Source: Chamaesiphon minutus PCC 6605 (lineage in GTDB: Bacteria; Cyanobacteriota; Cyanobacteriia; Cyanobacteriales; Chamaesiphonaceae). From it: a stretch of 32,000 nt of DNA. Shown here one piece after another: positions 27,496-32,000 of the stretch. Each line of letters opens with the position of its first letter. Position 1 is the stretch's first letter. The DNA is taken from NCBI RefSeq assembly GCF_000317145.1, contig NC_019697.1, positions 2,606,385 through 2,638,384 of the forward strand. Reading direction: 5' to 3'. The notes below the pieces were generated by a model that was not told where the DNA came from, made no database searches, and worked only from the letters and a program-made list of their open reading frames with translations. The translations under genes were made by a program, and so were the position numbers.

Positions 27496-28044
27496 ATGAG
27501 ATCGAGCGTCGATCCTCAGAAAATCGAACAACTGATGGAAGCATTGGGCAAAGAGGCTCGTGGTCCAGGCTGTATCTACTTTACAGGTGGTACGAGTGCT
27601 TTACTTATTGGTTGGCGCGGTTCTACAGTAGATGTAGATATTCGGCTAGATCCAGAACCATCAGGCATTTTTCAAGCGATTGCAAAGCTAAAGCAAGAAT
27701 TGAATATCAATATCGAACTTGCCTCCCCACAGGACTTCTTACCGTCTCTTCCAGGCTGGCGCGATCGAAGTGTGTTCATTGGTAAACGAGGTCAAATTTC
27801 TTTCTATCACTATGATTTTACAGCCCAAGCTCTTGCTAAACTATCTAGAGGATTCGATCGGGATATTAAAGATGTTGAAGCTATGTACGATCGGAAATTA
27901 TTCTCTCTGAGCGAGCTAAACGATTGCTTTGAGGCGATTGCGCCTGAAATAATTCGATTTCCCTCTCTTAATGCTGATGTACTCAAAAGCAGAGTCGAGA
28001 ATTTCATCGATCGTTTTGAAGATCGAGGATTGGAGGATCGATAA
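27496..28044 (+). CDS. Nucleotidyltransferase-fold protein (DUF6036/AbiEii-like)
   Basis: 182 aa. IYFTGGTSALLIGWRGSTVDVDIRLDPEPSGIFQAIAKLKQEL (GG-S...DVDIRL NTase core), FIGKRGQISFYHYDFTAQALAKLSRGFDRDIKDVEAM. Confidence 0.7.
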   Translation: MRSSVDPQKIEQLMEALGKEARGPGCIYFTGGTSALLIGWRGSTVDVDIRLDPEPSGIFQAIAKLKQELNINIELASPQDFLPSLPGWRDRSVFIGKRGQISFYHYDFTAQALAKLSRGFDRDIKDVEAMYDRKLFSLSELNDCFEAIAPEIIRFPSLNADVLKSRVENFIDRFEDRGLEDR

Positions 28045-28379
28045 TGAGTCTCCATGATTTGCCAGGAGCCGAGATAATATTACCTGGATTAAGCGATCTT
28101 CACAGTGGTAATCGCAATACAATTGGGGCTTTACTAATTGCGATCGCCGCAACACGTTTAACCGAAGCAGGTTTGGATATTCACAATTATCACTTAGCCC
28201 CAGAGCCAGAATTAACTTTGTATGCTCTTCTTCAAAAGGAACGAGAAGATGCTTATCCCCACTATAATGCTTTGCTGAATCGCCTTAATAGTTTTTGTAA
28301 CGCACTCGAACTCAGTCACAAATATAAACCGTCTAACAATGCGTTGGAGCCGACATCTAAACGATCTTCAAAAGTTTAA
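28044..28379 (+). CDS. Hypothetical partner of the nucleotidyltransferase
   Basis: 111 aa. ATG shares one base with the upstream TAA (TAATG), implying translational coupling; no recognised domain. Confidence 0.55.
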   Translation: MSLHDLPGAEIILPGLSDLHSGNRNTIGALLIAIAATRLTEAGLDIHNYHLAPEPELTLYALLQKEREDAYPHYNALLNRLNSFCNALELSHKYKPSNNALEPTSKRSSKV

Positions 28380-28428
28380 TATTATTGACAGCGACTCAAC
28401 TTCACCGTTATGCAGATTGGAGAGTCTG

Positions 28429-28767
28429 ATGAAACTGAAATATTACGGTAAAGAACTTCCATTTGAATTAATAGAGTATGATGATTGCACCGTAAAGTGT
28501 CTAGTCCTTGACGACGAAACCGAAGAAGAATTTGAGGAGTTGGGTGAGGACGATCGAGATCGCGACGAAGAATGGTATATGGATGAAAATGGCTATCGGC
28601 TGGAATCTGAAGCATTATTTGCAGCATCTCCATGGAGCTTGGAAACGCCTGATGGAGAAGTTAAATTATTACAGCGATTTTGCAAAAACGGTGTAACTCA
28701 CTTTGATACCCTCAATGGGTATGGTGGTGAAACATTTAGATGGTTGCATAGTAGATCTCCTTCATGA
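28429..28767 (+). CDS. Hypothetical acidic protein
   Basis: Internal start MKLKYYGKELPFELIEYDDCTVKCLVLDDETEEEFEELGEDDRDRDEEWYMDENGYRLES within ORF 28339..28767; compact, non-repetitive sequence. Confidence 0.4.
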   Translation: MKLKYYGKELPFELIEYDDCTVKCLVLDDETEEEFEELGEDDRDRDEEWYMDENGYRLESEALFAASPWSLETPDGEVKLLQRFCKNGVTHFDTLNGYGGETFRWLHSRSPS

Positions 28768-28985
28768 ATTGAAAATAGCAACACATTCACAAGGGGTTCA
28801 GTCTTCAAGTCAGGGATCTGATGCCATGAGGCTAGAGGATTTGCCCACTTTCAAAAAAGCTTGGGATTCTAAAGGTGGGTTTTCTGCCTTTCAACAGCAT
28901 GTTCGATCCTTGCTTACAGACATTTAAGACACAGAAGGTATGAAGGCTTGCTATACTTGGATTGTACCTAGGTCAATTGTTTACC

Positions 28986-29156
28986 ATGAAGTACCCTTTT
29001 CATACCCAATCGAAGCCAGTTGTTGGTGAAGAAGCGCGAAAGCTGATCGAAGCGATCGAAGCAGGTCAATCCGTCACCAACGAACGCGCTCTTGCATTAG
29101 CCAAACGTATTGCCGATCGTCGTAACCAAGCTCAAGCTAATGCCCAGTCAAAGTAA
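28986..29156 (+). CDS. Small hypothetical protein, possible partner of downstream GNAT gene
   Basis: MKYPFHTQSKPVVGEEARKLIEAIEAGQSVTNERALALAKRIADRRNQAQANAQSK; overlaps the likely start of the downstream ORF. Confidence 0.4.
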   Translation: MKYPFHTQSKPVVGEEARKLIEAIEAGQSVTNERALALAKRIADRRNQAQANAQSK

Positions 29157-29745
29157 GTTTGAAGGGATAGACTTTTCCCAGATTCCGGTCGAACGCCTCA
29201 CCCCTGACATCCTCAACTTAGGACAGGGGTTTCGTTGTCTTCGAGGAGAATTTGTCACTTATTGGAAACAAGGCAGGATTAAGCGGGAAGCAGATGCTCA
29301 TATTTGCCACTGCTGGGCGATCCGAAGCACGGAATCTCTAGCAGGTTACATCACCCTTCTGGCTGACAAATTGCAAGTTGAAAATCCCATCTTGGCAGAA
29401 GAAGGCGTAAAGTATCAAACTTTTCCTGCTGTCAAAATTGGCTTACTAGCTGTCGATCGACGTGCAAAAGGAGCAGGTCGTCATTTGGTGGAGTGGGCGA
29501 TCGAATATGTGGTGTCTGAGATTGTTCCCGTTGTTGGAGTGCGCTTTGTGACGGTAGATGCGTTATACGATCGAGATGTTGAACCAGCTTATGATGCGTC
29601 AGGATTTTATACCAAACTGGGCTTCGACTTTGCAGATCCTCATGAAAGCCTTCCTCCAGAAGTGCCCTACCGCACGATGTACTTCGATCTGAAGCCTGTA
29701 ATTGAACTGTTTAATCCACAACCTCCACGAGCAGAATCAGATTAA
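29140..29745 (+). CDS. GNAT-family N-acetyltransferase
   Basis: Likely start MPSQSKFEG within ORF 29110..29745. FPAVKIGLLAVDRRAKGAGRHLVEWAIEYVV (acetyl-CoA-binding motif), PAYDASGFYTKLGFDFAD. Confidence 0.72.
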   Translation: MPSQSKFEGIDFSQIPVERLTPDILNLGQGFRCLRGEFVTYWKQGRIKREADAHICHCWAIRSTESLAGYITLLADKLQVENPILAEEGVKYQTFPAVKIGLLAVDRRAKGAGRHLVEWAIEYVVSEIVPVVGVRFVTVDALYDRDVEPAYDASGFYTKLGFDFADPHESLPPEVPYRTMYFDLKPVIELFNPQPPRAESD

Positions 29746-30060
29746 ATGTATGGACTGTATAACAAACCCGTTGCACACCGACCGTAGCAAGTTGGTTAAG
29801 TCCAAGAGACTATTAGCGGCGGGTGAACGGGAACGTTATATAGCTGAGATACAATGCTAATTGCTATTACGCTCTGTAGCGAATAGCATGAATCCAGATC
29901 GACAATTCATACAAAATTTATCCGAAGTATTTTGCATTAACAACTTTGGCAATTATCTAGTTTAGGAATGAAATACTATCCCGAAATGGCCACTTAATGA
30001 TGCAATCGATCTAGTGCAACTGTTCGATCGAAATCACATCGGTATTCACGCCTATACATT

Positions 30061-30090
30061 CGTTGGCGTAGCCTCTCCAACGGAGAATCG
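30061..30090 (+). repeat. Third repeat-like core, related to the recJ insert
   Basis: CGTTGGCGTAGCCTCTCCAACGGAGAATCG; hairpin TCTCC-AAC-GGAGA. A degenerate trace (AGCCGCTCCTTGGAGAATCG) follows near 30163-30181. Confidence 0.55.
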
Positions 30091-30186
30091 ATCCACCAAA
30101 CTTAACCATGCCTGGAAGATCGCCCCTCAATAAAGGCTCGATCGTTTTAATTCGATACGTAGCCGCTCCTTGGAGAATCGAGCTAG

Positions 30187-30807
30187 TTATCGCACGGACT
30201 GAAATAGTAATTTGTCAAAGATGAACTGCATCACTCGATCTAATCCTTCACCAGTTTTACAGTTGGTATAGGCGATCGGTTTCCCTTTTCGTCGTTCCGT
30301 AGCATCGCGATCGATGATGTTCAGGTCGGCTCCCACATAAGGCGCAATATCAATTTTGTTAATTACCACCAGATCGGCTTGCATAAACCCTGGCCCATTT
30401 TTGCGGGGAATATCATCGCCTGCGCCCACATCCAAGACAAAAATATAGGCATCAATTAAGTCATAGCTAAATGTCGAGGCCAAATTGTCGCCACCGCTTT
30501 CGACAAACACCAGATCGAGTTCAGGAAAAGCTCTCTCTAGATTGCGGATTGCCAACAAATTCATTGTCGGATCTTCGCGAATCGCTGTATGCGGACAACT
30601 ACCTGTTTCCACACCCACAATTCGATTGGCAGGTAAGACTCCTTGACGCTTGAGGCGATCGGCATCTTCTTGCGTCAACAGATCGTTTGTTACTACAGCT
30701 ACTTCGATCCCTTGCTGCATGAGTAAGGGTAACAACCTTTCTAGGAGAGCCGTTTTGCCACTGCCGACTGGCCCACCGACACCCAAACGCGCCACTGATT
30801 TTTTCAT
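30187..30807 (-). CDS. ureG: Urease accessory GTPase UreG
   Basis: 206 aa. RLGVGGPVGSGKTALLERLLP, EDADRLKR, GVETGSCPHTAIREDPTMNLLAIR, DLVFVESGGDNLASTFS, ADLVVINKIDIAPYVGAD. Confidence 0.95.
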   Translation of the reverse strand: MKKSVARLGVGGPVGSGKTALLERLLPLLMQQGIEVAVVTNDLLTQEDADRLKRQGVLPANRIVGVETGSCPHTAIREDPTMNLLAIRNLERAFPELDLVFVESGGDNLASTFSYDLIDAYIFVLDVGAGDDIPRKNGPGFMQADLVVINKIDIAPYVGADLNIIDRDATERRKGKPIAYTNCKTGEGLDRVMQFIFDKLLFQSVR

Positions 30808-30809
30808 GT

Positions 30810-32000
30810 TTACCTGAAGATATACAGCCGACCGAGCGGCACTCGCGAGACAGGTTCGCAGGTAGCGATTTCACCATTCACCCGCACCTGAAAAGTGTCG
30901 GGATCGACTTCAATTTCAGGACAGACGGTGTTATGCAACATATCTGCTTTACTCAGGGATCTGGTGTTTTTGACTGGCAAAAGTTGTTTGCGAAGTTTCA
31001 GCTTATCGGCTAAGCCGCAATCTAGAGCAGTCTGAGTCACAAAGCAAAAAGAAGTAGACTGCTTGGCACTGCCATAGCTGCCCCATTGCGGACGATACAG
31101 AATTGGTTCGCAAGTCATCAGCGAGGCGTTTGATTCACCCATAGGCGACCAAGCGATAAAGCCTCCCTTAATTACTAGCTCTGGTTTAACTCCAAAATAA
31201 CCAGGATGCCAAAGCACAATGTCCGCGATTTTACCGGGTTCGATCGAACCTACATGGGAATCAATTCCACAGGTTTTGGCAGGATTAATTGTGTATTTTG
31301 CGATGTATCTCAAAATTCGTTGATTATCATGGCGATCGCTATCTTCAGGAAGTGCGCCACGTTGGTCTTTCATTTTGGAAGCCAATTGCCAAGTGCGACA
31401 AATTACTTCGCCAATCCTGCCCATGCCCTGACTATCAGATCCCATCATGCTGATGGCACCCAGATCGTGCAAAATATCTTCCGCCGCAATAGTTTCGGCA
31501 CGAATCCGCGATTCGGCAAAGGCGACATCTTCGGGAACTCTGGGATTGAGGTGATGGCAGACCATCACCATATCTAAATGTTCATCAAAGGTGTTAACTG
31601 TATAGGGATTGGTGGGATTAGTGGAAGAAGGTAGACAGTGAGAATAGGAAGCCACCTTGATGATGTCTGGAGCGTGTCCACCGCCAGCACCTTCCGTATG
31701 GTACATGTGGATCGTGCGACCACGAATTGCTGCAAGCGTATCTTCTACATAGCCAGACTCATTGAGCGTATCAGTGTGAATTTGGACTTGAAAGTCGTGC
31801 AGATCGGCAACAGAAAGACAGGTATCAATCAGCGCAGGCATTGCGCCCCAATCTTCATGGATTTTTAGTCCGATCGCACCGCCTTCTATTTGTTCGACGA
31901 GACTTGCTGGGAGACTCGAACTCCCTTTACCCAAAAAGCCAAAATTAATCGCAAATCCTTCGGAAGCTTGGAGCATTAAGCCCATATTATAGGCTCCACC
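30810..32000 (-). CDS. ureC: Urease alpha subunit UreC (C-terminal part; 5' end outside window)
   Basis: [123 protein letters not shown]. Frame continues past the right edge. Confidence 0.95.
   Translation of the reverse strand, partial: GGAYNMGLMLQASEGFAINFGFLGKGSSSLPASLVEQIEGGAIGLKIHEDWGAMPALIDTCLSVADLHDFQVQIHTDTLNESGYVEDTLAAIRGRTIHMYHTEGAGGGHAPDIIKVASYSHCLPSSTNPTNPYTVNTFDEHLDMVMVCHHLNPRVPEDVAFAESRIRAETIAAEDILHDLGAISMMGSDSQGMGRIGEVICRTWQLASKMKDQRGALPEDSDRHDNQRILRYIAKYTINPAKTCGIDSHVGSIEPGKIADIVLWHPGYFGVKPELVIKGGFIAWSPMGESNASLMTCEPILYRPQWGSYGSAKQSTSFCFVTQTALDCGLADKLKLRKQLLPVKNTRSLSKADMLHNTVCPEIEVDPDTFQVRVNGEIATCEPVSRVPLGRLYIFR

Noticed and set aside
29746-30186. tRNA or small RNA gene in the gap before ureG
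   Set aside because: No cloverleaf or conserved T-loop (GGTTCRANNCC) recognised; only repeat-derived hairpins.
30810-31985. Truncated or pseudogenised ureC, because the listed ORF starts internally
   Set aside because: The reading frame stays open to the right edge of the window, so the N-terminus is simply outside it.

Overview
This is a cyanobacterial chromosomal window, judged by the abundant HIP1-like GCGATCGC/CGATCG octamers, the ldpA and Ycf45-like R3H/AAA genes, and the NatFGH/BgtA-type amino-acid transporter. Housekeeping and nitrogen-metabolism content: partial R3H-domain ATPase, ldpA, ArsR regulator with a divergent Old Yellow Enzyme, recJ, a polar amino-acid ABC transporter split into separated parts, an orphan NMT1/SsuA-type ABC pair (ATPase plus lipoprotein, no permease beside it), glnT-like glutamine synthetase, and a dispersed urease cluster (ureF, ureE, ureD, ureG, partial ureC). 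Accessory content sits between these. The best candidate for an undescribed system is a tight four-gene minus-strand operon (7953->2602): an MmeI-like single-chain restriction-modification protein, a STAS+HATPase (anti-sigma-like) protein, a DUF4325-type STAS-like protein, and a PIN-domain nuclease. Other accessory items are a ParD antitoxin with a nonsense-interrupted ParE-like toxin, a possible SMI1/KNR4 remnant, a Xre/ParS-RES toxin-antitoxin pair, a predicted Cys/His/Asp-containing hypothetical protein, a class D beta-lactamase-like gene between transporter genes, a translationally coupled nucleotidyltransferase pair, and a small ORF plus GNAT pair. A 99-bp in-frame repeat insertion interrupts conserved RecJ sequence, and related repeat cores occur elsewhere in the window. 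All family assignments come from reading motifs; no database search was run.
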